Shown: positions 50,762-64,000 of the stretch, in pieces
Numbering within the stretch: the stretch's first letter is position 1
Layout of the letters: every line of letters starts with the position of its first letter
Source of the DNA: Selaginella moellendorffii
Taxonomy: Eukaryota; Plantae; Lycopodiophyta
NCBI RefSeq assembly: GCF_000143415.4
Contig: NW_003314331.1
Coordinates: 855,169-919,168 of the forward strand
Direction: 5' to 3'
DNA length: 64,000 nucleotides
The notes under the pieces: model-generated
What the model saw: only the letters and a program-made list of their open reading frames with translations
Told to the model about the DNA's origin: nothing
The model's database searches: none
Position numbers and translations under genes: made by a program

Positions 50762-53250
50762 GCGACAACCATGGCAATCCATCAACAAACTACAGTGCTC
50801 AATAGTATAACTCTCTATGTGTTTTCCATGACGTTTTTTCTGTGGATCTTAGCCTTCCTTTACACGGCTAGGCCATGTTTTGTTCTTTGAAGTTAAGCTT
50901 GACTCGAGAAAATAAAGTGGTCAACAAATGGATGATCTTGCTTGCTGGGTCTACTCTGCTGGACTTGTCACAGTCCTCGCTGGTTGTGAATATCGAGTCG
51001 GAGGACACGTTCATTGACCCTGAAGGCAGCACTCACGGCAGTGGAAGCATATACAATTTCTAGATTTTGAGAAGTGTTGTTTTCTGCTACATTTCAAGTG
51101 GCTTGCAGATCTGTGGTGGTATGAACTTGGGGAACGTGCAGTCCTAGCTCGATACTGGGGCGAGTCATGTGTTGTCACCTCGGTAAGTGTTTTACATCGG
51201 TCTTGGAATTTAACTCTTAACATTGTGTGTGTGAGACTAAGTCTTGCTCTGCCATTCTCTCAGGAGCAAGGAGCATGATGCAATTGTCTGGATGGCAATG
51301 GTGCCAGGTTTTGCTCACAAGGGACTCCTCTTGGAAACTTGAGTTTGGTGCCCAGAAGAGGCTCATCGCTTCTTGGAGGTGGCCAATTCCAGAGATAGGC
51401 CGAGAGGAGCACTGTGCGCGCCAACTTGCTCCTGTAAGGCATTCGATCGTAAATAAACTTTGCATTTTCAAGATGGTTTCTAGAGGTGAGCATATGGATC
51501 ATTGTTGCCCAAGAGATGAGCCATCTTTAGGAAGGAATCTAGTGCCTCGTCCAAATGCCCATTCGAGGCATATGCGCCAAGCATGGAGTTCCAAGCCACC
51601 ACGTGCCTCTCAAACAAACATTTAGCCTCCTCCAAGCAGCCATGAGGTGCATAGCCGTCGATCATAGCCGTAAATGCCACCTCATTAAGATGCGGGGCAT
51701 CTTCAAAGAGATTCTTTGCTTGCTCCGCGTTCAAAGAGATCTTTAGCTTCATCCAGCCGCCGGTTCTGGCAGTGGCCTTGGATCATGGCCGTCCACGGCG
51801 CGTGAGAGATGCCCGTTATGGGCATATGGCACGATCATGGCCGTGCTAGAAACGAGGGTTTGCTCCGGCATGGAGTGGAATACCGCCTCCGCCTCGCCGA
51901 GATTGCCACTCGGCGAGTACATCTGGATCATCGCGTTCCAGGTGATGGAATTCTTTGCAGGGATGCGATCGAAGAGCTGCTTGGCGCGCTGCACGTCCCC
52001 GGCCGCGGCGTATGGGCGTTGCCGCGGTATGCTTTCCAGGACCGATCGCGCCTGCTTCAGGTCGTGGTTGCGAATGTAGGCCTGGAGGGTGAGATTCCAA
52101 GAGAAGAGATTGGGATCCGAGGTAGAATCTGATAGTCGTCAGCTGCTCTATACCGATGGCTTTCCAGTAAGAAACGTGTTTAACCGTGTTATATGCGCTT
52201 GCTTCAATGGAGCGTCCAACACCGCTCAAACAGGAGGCTTGGACATGCGAGTGATAGTAAGCAAGATAAGCAGGGTCTGACCTGAGGTTCTGCTCCGCCT
52301 CCACCACATCCAGCAGCTGATATCTCCAGAGGATCTCAAGGTCTGTCTCCTCGAGTTTTAACAAGTTTGTCCTTTTACTGAGATCTTGGTTATCTCTTAA
52401 GGTTTCTAAGCAATGCACGGCGTTATTGCTTTCTACAAAGACACCACGAGAGTCCTTGTTAACACTCTTGGATTTCAAAGTTATGGAGGCACACGTCTGG
52501 GTGGGATGTTTTGTCAGAAATCCTGGAGGTCTCGAGTTTTCTTGACTTTTAGTTTTAGGGAAGGTCAGGTATGGACGTCCATGAGCAAGATGAGATTGCA
52601 GTTTCGCAATGGTTTCAAGAAGCATGAGCCGCAGGTCTTCGAGATCATAACCTTTCCAAAGTTTGGCATTAAACACATCCAGACTCAAGGTATGGCCGTT
52701 GTGCATTTTTTATGGTTTTTATGTTTTTGATAGAGGGAAACATACTGTGGGACTGCATCGCATTTCTAGACGATGCCACAGTGGAGATAACCAAGTCACT
52801 AGGTGGATTGAGAGCGATTGCCATCTCTCACCCGCATTACTACAGCACAAACTCTCGATGGAGCGAGGCTTTTGGAGGCGTCCCGGTTTATACCCACGAA
52901 TGGTATTGTCTACCTTTGTTTCTCTCTTTCATTTCGATCTTTCTGTATCCATACTTTTGCAGAGTGGTTTACCAGCACGAAATGGTTAAGTTCTACTATG
53001 GGAGGGACTCACGCTTTTAGCCATTTTGCTGTCCTCCACTGGTCTCATGGAGCTCAAGGGAGGGGTGTTTTATTCACTGGAGATATCTTACAGGTATAAA
53101 CTTCTGTCGTTTACAAACTTTGTTTTCGTTTTGTTTTCCTCACTCCATGTTTGATTTGTAGGTGGGGATGGACAACAAAACAGTGAGCATAATGAGATCG
53201 TATCCAAGCTATATACCACTCTCGTCCATGTTTGATTTGTAGGTGGGGAT
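50762..53250. repeat. Internally deleted type I unit
   Basis: Peptide 3' end, HISN3 fragment, PPR fused at 52128 to the PUM/MBL segment. NIF ORF lost at a junction near 53252. Confidence 0.9.
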
Positions 53251-53254
53251 GAAG

Positions 53255-56200
53255 ATAACTTGACATAACTGAAGATTTGTTGGACTGCATATTCTGGAAC
53301 GCAGAGAGAGTTCAGTAGCTTTGGTTCTGACCTCCAGCATGGATGTAAAGCGGATTTGAGTCACTGAAGGCGGAAGTTTGCCGGCTGAGAAAGAATCCAA
53401 CAACTCCAAATTTCCCTTAGCTCCAATCTAAACTCGCCTCAAGAAGTTCGTCTTTTGCTGATATCTATTCTGACTTGAGCATTGAGAACGTGTGTTTCAT
53501 TGTAGATCATTCCAACCATGGTGGTTAAACCATGGTTATCAACGTTAATGTGCTACTACTGCCACTGGAGTAAAAGTTTGTTCGAGCTTTTGTGTGAGTT
53601 CGTGCTCTTGGATCTTTATCTATGGGAGATTGCCCGCTTTGTTTGCTCAATCTATTCTCTTTTCTCTTGGCTCTCCAGAAATTATGGCTCCTACTCGAAA
53701 GCTTGTGCTTGCATCGCTCCTCTCATGCCTGGTCATCACTGCGGCTTTTGCCGCTGCAGTTTTGTCTAGTTCTTTCTCCAAAATCTCGATAGTTTCTGTG
53801 TCCACACCAGCGACGACCATGGCGATCCATCAGCAAACTACAGTGCTCAATAGTATTAACTCTCTGTGTGTTTTCCATGACGTTTTCTCTGTGGATCTTA
53901 GCCTTCCTTTACAGTACAGATCCTGCCCGAGTGTACTCAAAACAGTAAGAAACTATCAAGATTCTAGGGAAGAAAACTGCTATCTTCATTTCCAGCAGCA
54001 AAAGCAGAAGTGATGAGCAAGCACAAGGTAAAGCTCCATGAGACACAGTGTGAAGTGTTGGTCACTGAATGGTAGCTACTTGAGTTATTGTTGATTACCG
54101 TTACCATGAACATAATTATGCTTGGAATCCTGATCCACATTTGCCTGCTCCCACATCACAACCAAAAATGTGATATAGACAAAGGTTATGACAAGTAAAT
54201 CAACAGTTTTTTGCTGATCTCTTTCCCAACTCAAGACATCGGAATATGAAATATTGCCTCCAAATATGTCGAGAGAATAGCCAGCAGTCCAGCATTTCTG
54301 TTGAGATCCAGATCTTCGAGCGATGTTACTGCACCAGCATACGTGACCGGGAGCTACACCAATAGTCACTCACAACTAAGCATGAAGAGTCCAAGATGAT
54401 ACGTACTGGAGACCAAGATGTTGACAAGCTCCTCATCGATTCCCAGCCTGGTGTGGCGGTAAGATTCCAGCTTAAACTATTCTACTTGTCTTACGTTTTC
54501 CTTCCGAGATCCACCTCATGGACATGATAGTTGCGATTGCGCCAAACCAGCTAGAGTTTCTATCAATGATTGGCAGATCACTAAACTTTTTGCCACCAGT
54601 CAGTATACTCCATCCTGACAAGACTTTTTCTTTTAGATATGTTACTACAAGGAATTTACTCGCCTTCTTGCTGCAACTCAGGTCCAAAAAAAGCCTCTTC
54701 CAACCTAAGACGATCAAGCACTGGCAATTACATGACTCGCTCTAGCATCGAGTCGCGTTCCACAAGTTGACACCACCACCGATCTGCAAGCCAGCAGAAG
54801 ATCAATGTAATAGAAAGAAACATTTGCTAAACATTACTTGCCCAATAGTGCCGTGAGCGCTGCTTTCAAGCTCAAAGAATCTCCCCGGTTTTGAAGTCAT
54901 TGGTGCTCCTGGGATTGCAATTCACATAAGAGAATTCCAGCGGATCGTCAAGCTGTGCGGTTTCACCCCTGCATACAATGTAAGGGTTCTTTATGGAGTG
55001 TAGAGATAATACAATGAGTAAGGAAACAACTGATGGGGTCTACTCTGATGGATTCAGTGGTTGTGAATTTTGAGTCAGAGAAATCGGCTGCCAAGTTTGT
55101 TGGAATGTACCTACGGGTGATCTTCCATGCGAAAATGTGTTCATAGCAAGGAGTTCAAATGGCATTGCAGCAGTAGGATCAGAATTTAACATTGTAATGC
55201 CTTATGCTATGTTATGTTCTTTGAGAGTTCACAATTAAAGATGACTCCACCTTAATAGTGCCTGGCCAGTTCTAATAAGACCTGGCCAAATTGCAATAGG
55301 CACTAGGCAGTTCCAGCCATGGTTCGCGGCACTCTTTCTAACAGCGAAGTTGCAAATGTTTTGGCACTGGTTGGTATGGACTGGCCTGGGTTGTAAACGA
55401 AAGTCTCGGTTCTTCGCCTTGAATTGTCCAGCTACCTTGGCCAGTCTTTGCGCTACAATGGCAGGCATTTCCAAGCAATGGTTTACAATGAGTGTTCTTG
55501 GACTTGTGGAAGTGAAAGAAACTTGTTTAGGTTAAGTTCTCAAAGAACAGAGCATAGCTAGGGAAGAACATAACATGGCCTAGCCTTGAAAAGAAATACA
55601 AAAAACATCCAACCAAAAATCATGGAAAACACGCACAGAGCTCTATCGAGCCCACAAGTGTTTGTTTGATCCATCACATGGTCTGTAAATCCAGCTCAAA
55701 CAGAAAGAAACTATCAAGATTCTAGAGAAGAAAACTGCTACCTTCATTTCCAGCAGCAAAAGCAGCAGTGATGAGAAGGCACGATAGGAGCAATGCAAGC
55801 AGAAGCTTTTGAGAAGGAGCCATTTCTCCGAGCAAAAGGAATGAGAAAACAAAAGGGGCAGCCATACACACAGAAGCTCCCACCGAGTTTTAGAATGCGA
55901 AGTGTTGGTCTTACAATTTGGGGTTGGTCAACCTCGGAAATGAATTCAGGATTGATCTCTGTGCCAACTCAAGACATCGGAATATGAAACATTGCCTCCA
56001 AATATGTCGAGAGCAGAGCCAAGAGTCACGTCTACAACGCCCCCAGCATTTTTTATGAGATCCAGATCTTCGAGCAATGTTACTCCACCAGCATACGTAA
56101 CCGGGATCTACATCAATACTCACTCACAACTAAGACACCAAGATCATGAAGAGTCCAAGATGATACGTACTGGAGACCATTGGCCCAAGATCTTGACAAG

Positions 56201-59200
56201 CTCCTCGTCGATTCCCAGCCTGGGGTAGCAGCGATAAGGTTCCAGCTTAAACTATTCTTACTACTTGTCTTACTGCTTTCCTTCGACGTCCACCCCATGG
56301 ACAAGAAACTCGTCGCAAAAGTTTCATGTGTTACAAGCTATCCATCTTCTTTCTGCAACTCAGGTCCAAAACGAGCCTCTTCCGGCCAACAAGGCGTACT
56401 AGCTGCTGGAGCCTTTCAGTGTCGACCTTGCCGTCCTTAAACACGAACTAGAAAAACCAAAGTTGGAGTTATTCCCTCATAAGACTGATATAAAACACTC
56501 ACCGAGGTGACAATCACATGACTCGCTCCAGCATCGAGATAAGACTTCGCGTTCCCCAAGTTGACACCACCACCGATCTGCAAGCCGCCTGAAATCTAGC
56601 AGAAACGAGAGCTGTCAAAATCTAGAAACAAATGCAATAGTAAGAAAAAAGAACATTACTTGCCTGGATACGCTTCCAGTGCCGCGAGCGCTGCTTTCAG
56701 GCTCAAAGAATCTCCCCCGAGCATGATCACGTGTCCGCCGGGAAGATCATCGCGGCGATACATTCCAGCAAACTCGGCAGCCGATTTCTCCGACTCGAAA
56801 TTCACAACCAGCGAAGACTGCAACGAATCCAGCAGAGTAGATCCCAAAATTTGCTTCACCTTTCCCTACAAAAAAACGCACACATCCAGCATTGGATCTC
56901 TCTCTCTCTCTCTCTCTCTCAAAAACATAGCTTGTAACATATGAAATTTTTGCCAGGATGGAGTGTGCATGGTCATGACGAGCGGTGGCAAAAGTTTGGT
57001 GATCTGCCAATTGCTGAAGAAACTCTAGTCGGTTTGGCGCAATCAGCCGACAAGTTTCTTGTCAATGGGGTGGACGTCGAAGGAAAGTGGTAAGACAAGT
57101 AGTTGAATCGTTTCATCTTGCCGAGCTGCACATAGCCAGTGATCATCTCATTCTACGCTCATTGATCGATCGGGGAATGGAGATCGATCGATCAATCAAA
57201 GAGGTTAATCACTCATAACTTACACACCAAGAGAGTCCAAGATGATACGTCCTGGAGACCATTGGCCCAAGATTTTGAAAAGATCCTCCCCAGCCGCCAG
57301 AGTTTAAAGCTTTTCACAGACCGGAGTGCATGCAAGCACTTCCGGGTGTGGTAAGCAGCAAGTTTCGTTCTTTTCTTCCTTTTTTTCCTTGGTTTAAGTA
57401 TCAGTTTCATGCATTTTTATTCTCAGGCTCGCTGGTTTTGGAGGTGGGAGCGTTGTCCCCCTTAAATGGCAATCCACAGTTTGAGAGGAGTATGCGCAGT
57501 ACTAGTGAACTGAACTTACTGGGAACGAACCTTGACATAACTGAAGATTTGTTCTATTGCATATTCTGGAACGCAGAGAGAGTTCAGTAGCTTTGGTTCT
57601 GACCTCCAGCATGGATGTAAAGCGGATTTGAGTCACTGAAGGCGGAAGTTTGCCGGCTGAGAAAGAATCCAACAGCTCCAAATTTCCTTTGGCTCCAATC
57701 TAAACTCGCCTCAAGATGTTCGTCTTTCGCTGATATCTATTCTGACTTGAGCATTGAGAACGTGTGTTTCATTGTAGATCATTCCAACCATGGTGGTGAA
57801 ACCATGGTTATCAACGTTAAGGTGCTACTACTGCCACTGGAGTAAAAGTTTGTGCGAGCTTTTGTGTGAGTTCGGGCTCTTGGATCTTTATCTATGGGAG
57901 ATTGCCCCCTTTGTTTGCTCAATCTATTCTCTTTTCTCTTGGCTCTCCAGAAATTATGGCTCCTACTCGAAAGCTTGTGCTTGCATCGCTCCTCTCATGC
58001 CTGGTCATCGCTGCGGCTTTTGCTGCTCCAGTTTTCTTTAGTTCTTTCTCCAAAATCTCGATAGTTTCTGTGTCCACACCAGCGACGACCATGGCGATCC
58101 ATCAGCAAACTACAGTGCTCAATAGTATAACTCTCTGTGTGTTTTCCATGACGTTTTTTCTGTGGATCTTAGCCTTCCTTTACAGTACAGATCCTGCGCG
58201 AGTGTACTCAAAACAGTAAGAAACTATCAAGATTCTAGGGAAGAAAACTGCTACCTTCATTTCCAGTAGCAAAAGCAGAAGTGATGAGCAAGCACAAGGT
58301 AAAGCTCCATGAGACACAGTGTGAAGTGTTGGTCACTGAATGGTAGCTACTGGAGTTATTGTTGATTACCGTTACCATGAACTTAATTATGCTTGGAATC
58401 CTGATCCACATTTGCCTGCTCCCCAAGTGGGGAGTACATCACAACCAAAAATGTGATATAGACAAAGGTTATGACAAGTAAATCAACAGTTTTTTTGCTG
58501 ATCTCTGTCCCAACTCAAGACATCGCAATATGAAACATTGCCTCCAAATATGTCGAGAGAAGAGCCAGCAGTCCAGCATTTCTGTTGAGATCCAGATCTT
58601 CGAGCGATGTTACTGCACCAGCATACGTAACCTGGAGCTACACCAATAGTCACTCACAACTAAGCATGAAGAGTCCAAGATGATACGTACTGGAGACCAA
58701 GATGTTGACAAGCTCCTCATCGATTCCCAGCCTGGTGTGGCGGTAAGATTCCAGCTTAAACTATTCTACTTTATCTTACGTTTTCCTTCCGAGATCCACC
58801 TCATGGACATGAAAGTTGTGATTGCGCTAAACCAGCTAGAGTTTCTATCAATGATTGGCAGATCACTAAACTTTTTGCCACCAGTCAGTATACTCCATCC
58901 TGACAAGACATTTTCTTTTAGATATGTTACTACAAGGAATTTACTCGCCTTCTTGCTGCAACTCAGGTCCAAAACAAGCCTCTTCCAACCTAAGACGATC
59001 AAGCACTGGCAATCACATGACTCGCTCTAGCATCGAGTCGTGTTCCACACGTTGACACCACCACCGATCTGCAAGCCAGCAGAAGATCAATGTAATAGAA
59101 AGAAACATTTTCTAAACATTACTTGCCCAATAGTGCCGTGAGCGCTGCTTTCAAGCTCAAAGAATCTCCCCGGTTTTGAAGTCATTGGTGCTCCTGGGAT

Positions 59201-61400
59201 TGCAATTCACATGGGAGAAATTCCAGCGGATCGTCAAGCTGTGCGGTTTCACCCCTGCATACAATGTAAGGGTTCTTTATGGAGTGTAGAGATAATACAA
59301 TGAGTAAGGAAGCAACTGATGGGATCTACTCTGATGGATTCAGTGGTTGTGAATTTTGAGTCAGAGAAATCGGCTGCCAAGTTTGTTGGAATGTACCTAC
59401 GGGTGATCTTCCATGCGAACATGTGTTCATAGCAAGGAGTTCAAATGGCATTGCAGCAGTAGGATCAGAATTTAACATTGTAATGCCTTATGCTATGTTA
59501 TGTTCTTTGAGAGTTCATAATTAAAGATGACTCCACCTTAATAGTGCCTGGCCAGTTCTAATAAGACCTGGCCAAATTGCAATAGGCACTAGGCAGTTCC
59601 AGCCATGGTTCGCGGCACTCTTTCTAACAGCGAAGTTGCAAATGTTTTGGCACTGGTTGGTATGGACTGGCCTGGGTTGTAAACGAAAGTCTCGGTTCTT
59701 GGCCTTGAATTGTCCAGCCACCTTGGCCAGTCTTTGCGCTACAATGGCAGGCATTTCCAAGCAATGTTTTACAATGAGTGTTCTTGGACTTGTGGAAGTG
59801 AAAAAAACTTGTTTAGGTTAAGTTCTCAAAGAACAGAACATAGCGGAAGAACATAACATGGCCTAGCCTTGAAAAGAAATACAAAAAACATCCAACCAAA
59901 AATCATGGAAAACACGCACAGAGCTCTATCAAGCCCACAAGTGTTTGTTTGATCCATCACATGGTCTGTAAATCCAGCTCAAACAGTAAGAAACTATCAA
60001 GATTCTAGAGAAGAAAACCGCTACCTTCATTTCCAGCAGCAAAAGCAGCAGTGATGAGCAGGCACGATAGGAGCAATGCAAGCAGAAGCTTTTGAGAAGG
60101 AGCCATTTCTCCACAACAGGAGCAAAAGGAATGAGAAAACAAAAGGGGCAGCCATAAGTAAAGGTCCACGAGCACAGACTCACCCACCGACTTTTAGAAT
60201 GCGAAGTGTCACTGAATGGTCATAGCGTTTACAATTTAGGGTTGATCAAAAGACGACCTAACCTCGGAAATGAATTCAGGATTAATACTAAACAAAAAGT
60301 GATATTAGACAAAGGTTAAGATTGCTGATCTCTGTGCCAACTCAAGACATCGGAATATGAAACGTTGCCTCCAAATATGTCGAGAGCAGAGCCGACAGTC
60401 ACGTCTACAACGCCTCGCCCAGCATTTCTGATGAGATCCAGATCTTCGAGCGATGTTACCCCACCAGCATACGTAACCGGGATCTACACCAATAGTCACT
60501 CACAAGTAAGACACCCAGATCATGAAGAGTCCAAGATGATACGTACTGGAGACCATTGGCCCAAGATCTTGACAAGCTCCTCGTCGATTCCCAGCCTGGG
60601 GTAGCAGCGGTGGCGATAAGATTCCAGCTTAAACTATTCTTACTACTTGTCTTACCGCTTTCCTTCGACGTCCACCCCATGGACAAGAAACTCGTCGGCT
60701 GATTGCGCCAAACCGGCTAGAGTTTCTTCAGTGATAGGCAGATCGCTAAACTTTTGCCACCGGTCGGTCACGACCATGTATACTCCATCCTGGCCAAAGT
60801 TTCATGTGTTACAAGCTATCCATAGCATTGCGTTTTACTCACCTTCTTTCTGCAACTCAGGTCCAAAACGAGCCTCTTCCGGCCAACAAGGCGTACTAGC
60901 TGCTGGAGCCTTTCAGTGTCGACCTTGCCGTCCTTAAACACGAACTAGAAAAACCAAAGTTGGAGTTATTCCCTCATAAGACTGATATAAAACACTCACC
61001 GAGGTGACAATCACATGACTCGCTCCAGCATCGAGATAAGACTTCGCGTTCCCCAAGTTGACACCCCCACCGATCTGCAAGCCACCTGAAATCTAGCAGA
61101 AACGAGAGCTGTCAAAATCTAGAAACAAATGCAATAGTAAGAAAAACCATTACTTGCCCGGATACGCTTCCAGTGCCGCGAGCGCTGCTTTCAGGCTCAA
61201 AGAATCTCCCCCGAGCATGATCACGTGTCCGCCGGGAAGATCATCGCGGCGATACATTCCAGCAAACTCGGCAGCCGATTTCTCCGACTCGAAATTCACA
61301 ACCAGCGAAGACTGCGACGAATCCAGCAGAGTAGATCCCACGATTTGCTTCACCTTTCCCTACAAAAAACACGCACACATCCAGCATTGTATCTCTCTCT
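53255..61400. repeat. Type II units x2, the last merging into the intact HISN3 locus
   Basis: ORFs 53518/57790, 55235/59521 and 56656/61150 recur. Confidence 0.9.
59826..60106 (-). CDS. Putative progenitor of the small hydrophobic peptide family (2 coding exons)
   Basis: MAPSQKLLLALLLSCLLITAAFAAGNE|AGFTDHVMDQTNTCGLDRALCVFSMIFGWMFFVFLFKARPCYVL.. if a GT..GAG intron is removed (weak acceptor). Confidence 0.35.
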
Positions 61401-61595
61401 CTCTTTCTCTCTCGCGAAGAAACCCTTACATTGTGGATGTCAATGCAGGGCCTAAAGCGCACAGCTCGACGATCGACTGGAAATCGCCAAGAACACGGTC
61501 AATCCCGATCACATTCGCGGATTACCTTGCTGCCGCTGGCCGATCGGACTAGATGGAGAGAAGGAAGAAGAAGACGAAGCAAACGCGCGCTCCAT
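60316..61595 (-). CDS. HISN3: ProFAR isomerase (HisA / yeast His6 type), histidine biosynthesis, intact, 8 exons
   Basis: Splices without stops to [130 protein letters not shown]. Confidence 0.95.
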
Positions 61596-62100
61596 CCTCG
61601 AAATACTTTTGCCCTAGCGAACGGTTTAGGGCTTATCCGGGGCTTTAACGGCCTTGACAGAATATCCCTAAACGGAATGTCCATTCCGCGTGGACCCGCC
61701 AAAGCACGCCAGCGCGGCAATGCGACAGCCGCATCAACGCGGAAACGCAGCGCGTTCTTTACCAAAGCGCCTTTACACTGGCGCTTTGGAGCTACCAAAC
61801 CGCTAACCACGCCCTTCTCCACTGCGCCTCCCGTTACGCTATGGATGCCGCAATGGTTTTTTAAAAATAAGAAATTCTCGCGATTTTCTTGCTTCTTCGC
61901 CGCAGGATCACAGCACCAAGCTTGGAGCTTCGTCTTGGACTTCCATCGCTTCTTCGCAGGTAAATCTCCAAACTCTCTAGATCTGGGCCTTGAATTCGTA
62001 GCTTAAGCGCTTGGATTTTGCCCGTGTCTCTCGGACGGAAAAATGGAATGGTTTCCAGTGCAGGGCTCTTGGCGGCTCGAGAAGAGAGAGAGAGTGAGCG

Positions 62101-62663
62101 ATGGCAGCCGCGGCCGAGCAGCTCACACAGGAGCAATTGGCGGAGTTCAAGGAAGCCTTCAGCTTGTTCGACAAAGATGGTGATGGTAAGAAGATGAAAA
62201 CTCTTTCTTCCTCGTGTTCTTCCTTCGTGTTCTTCCTAGTTCTTAGATCATTCCTCTAAATCCTCTGATACAATCGGGGAATCCGCCAGGCTGCATTACA
62301 ACCAAGGAGCTGGGCACGGTGATGAGATCCCTGGGACAGAACCCAACCGAGGCGGAGCTGCAGGACATGATCAACGAGGTGGACGCCGACGGCAATGGAA
62401 CCATCGATTTCGCCGAGTTCTTGAGCCTCATGGCGCGCAAGATGAAGGACACGGACTCGGAGGAGGAGCTCAAGGAGGCGTTCCGGGTGTTCGACAAGGA
62501 CCAGAACGGATTCATCTCCGCGGTGGAGCTGCGGCACGTAATGACGAATCTGGGCGAGAAGCTCACGGACGAGGAGGTGGACGAGATGATCCGGGAGGCG
62601 GACGTGGACGGCGACGGGCAGATCAACTACGAGGAGTTTGTCAAGATGATGATGGTCAAGTAG
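62101..62663 (+). CDS. CAM: Calmodulin
   Basis: Exons 62101-62185 and 62290-62663; four canonical EF-hands; intron at the conserved Gly position in EF-hand 1. Confidence 0.97.
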
Positions 62664-63304
62664 GACGGATCTCGAGGTTTCAAGACCTCTAGATCAAGCT
62701 CGAGAGAAATCAAGAGTGAGAAAGAGAAAGTTTAACATTTATATATAGGTTTTTTTCGTTGATCATCGCCTCTTTCTTTGCTTTGTGATCATGGTCCGCA
62801 TTATGCAGAAATATCTTTCTCTCCTCTCTCTCTCTTAGATCGATCGATTGACGTCCGCGAATATGCTTGATATAATCCGACCACGTATTTGACCGCATGT
62901 TTGTACCCGCCACCTTTTGTCATGCGTGCAATTCGTATCGTTTTCCTTGCATCCCATCGTCTCTTGACTAGAATTCTTGATTTTTTCCCCCCTCAGTTTT
63001 CAATGCTGAGCGGATAATGCCCAGCTTGCGGGCAAGGAAAAACAAAATACATAAAAAAGCATCAATTCAACCACGTACCCTTATGAATCCTCGACACTTG
63101 GCTAGTCTGCATATTCCTTGACAAGAATATTTCTTGCATTCATACAAGCTTCGAAGGGGCAGAAAAATAGAAGTTCCGCAGATCCCGCTCTCCGCACCTG
63201 AACTCAACACCTGCAGCACCTGCACTCAGTCCGCACCGCACTCAGCACCTGCACTCAGTCCGCACTGCACTCAGCACCTGCACACACCCCAAGCTAGTAA
63301 GATC

Positions 63305-64000
63305 ATGCAAAGCCTTGTCTCGTGTCAGCTCCTCCACTACCCCCACAGCGTTGGAGTCTTGGGCGGAGGATTCCACTCCGTCCCGACCCTGCAATTCCTC
63401 AAGCGGCTCCGAGAGGCCACAGCGGCCGAGGGCGACCTCCTCCGCATCCCTCTCGTGCTCTGCGGCGATCCAAACGCCTCCCACCACCTCGGCGCTCTCA
63501 TCCAGCAGCGAGAGTTTCTCGAGGACGCCGGCGCCAAATGCATTGCCCTGCCCTGCCCCTCGTCCCTCCGCTGGTTTACGTGCCTCGACTCGGGCTCCTC
63601 CGCCAAGCTGCTCAACGTCGTCGATTCCCTCGTCGAGGAGCTCCACCGCGCCGAGCTGCGGCCGCTCCAGGGCGCCGCCAGGCCCAGGATTGGGATCCTC
63701 ACTTGCCAGGGCCTCGAATTCTACCAGGAGAAGCTTGAGCAAGAGGTGATCTCCGCGAAGAGCTAGCAGCTTCTGATGACATAAGTTGGATCTTCCTTTT
63801 CTTTTTCCCACAGGGATTCGAGGTTGTGCTGCCAGACAAGGCCTCCAAGGATCGTCTCATCGTTCCAGCCATGGCGGCTCTCGAGAGGAGAGACTTCCAG
63901 GGACACCGGAGCCTCATTCGCGTCGCGATCCATATGCTGCTCGTGAATGCCGTCAACCGGGTCATGGGAGACGATCTCACGGCTGCGCTGTTTGCCGATG
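63305..64000 (+). CDS. Aspartate/glutamate racemase family protein (3' end outside window)
   Basis: VGVLGG..TLQFLKRL, FLEDAGAKCIALPC, RIGILT, FYQEKLEQE|GFEVVLPDKA. The start codon may lie further upstream. Confidence 0.8.

Noticed and set aside
51846-52706. 286-aa novel ORF
   Set aside because: Chance fusion across a deletion junction (antisense MBL + PUM motif + off-frame PPR).

Overview
Eukaryotic (land plant) genomic DNA with dense genes and very short GT-AG introns. The style and the PLS-type PPR fragments suggest the lycophyte Selaginella (inference). 1-15.7 kb is a compact single-copy gene block: CLASP 3' end, a Gly-rich secreted protein, an RCC1-repeat protein, a DUF761-type protein, a Cys-type SelK homolog, chlorophyll synthase, a copper amine oxidase, a KCR, and an intron-containing homolog of the bacterial DUF1648/SdpI toxin-immunity membrane proteins. 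~15.7-61.6 kb is a mosaic tandem array built from two unit types (~5.0 kb and ~4.2 kb). The units carry scrambled fragments of PPR, Pumilio, a YmaE-like metallo-beta-lactamase-fold gene and HISN3, plus intact NIF/FCP1-like phosphatase ORFs and a small hydrophobic peptide family. An LTR-retrotransposon nest and a minisatellite interrupt the array at 43.4-50.8 kb. The array ends at the only intact HISN3 gene, followed by calmodulin and an Asp/Glu racemase-like gene. All family assignments come from recalled motifs and manual splicing, not database searches. Coordinates of degenerate copies are approximate.
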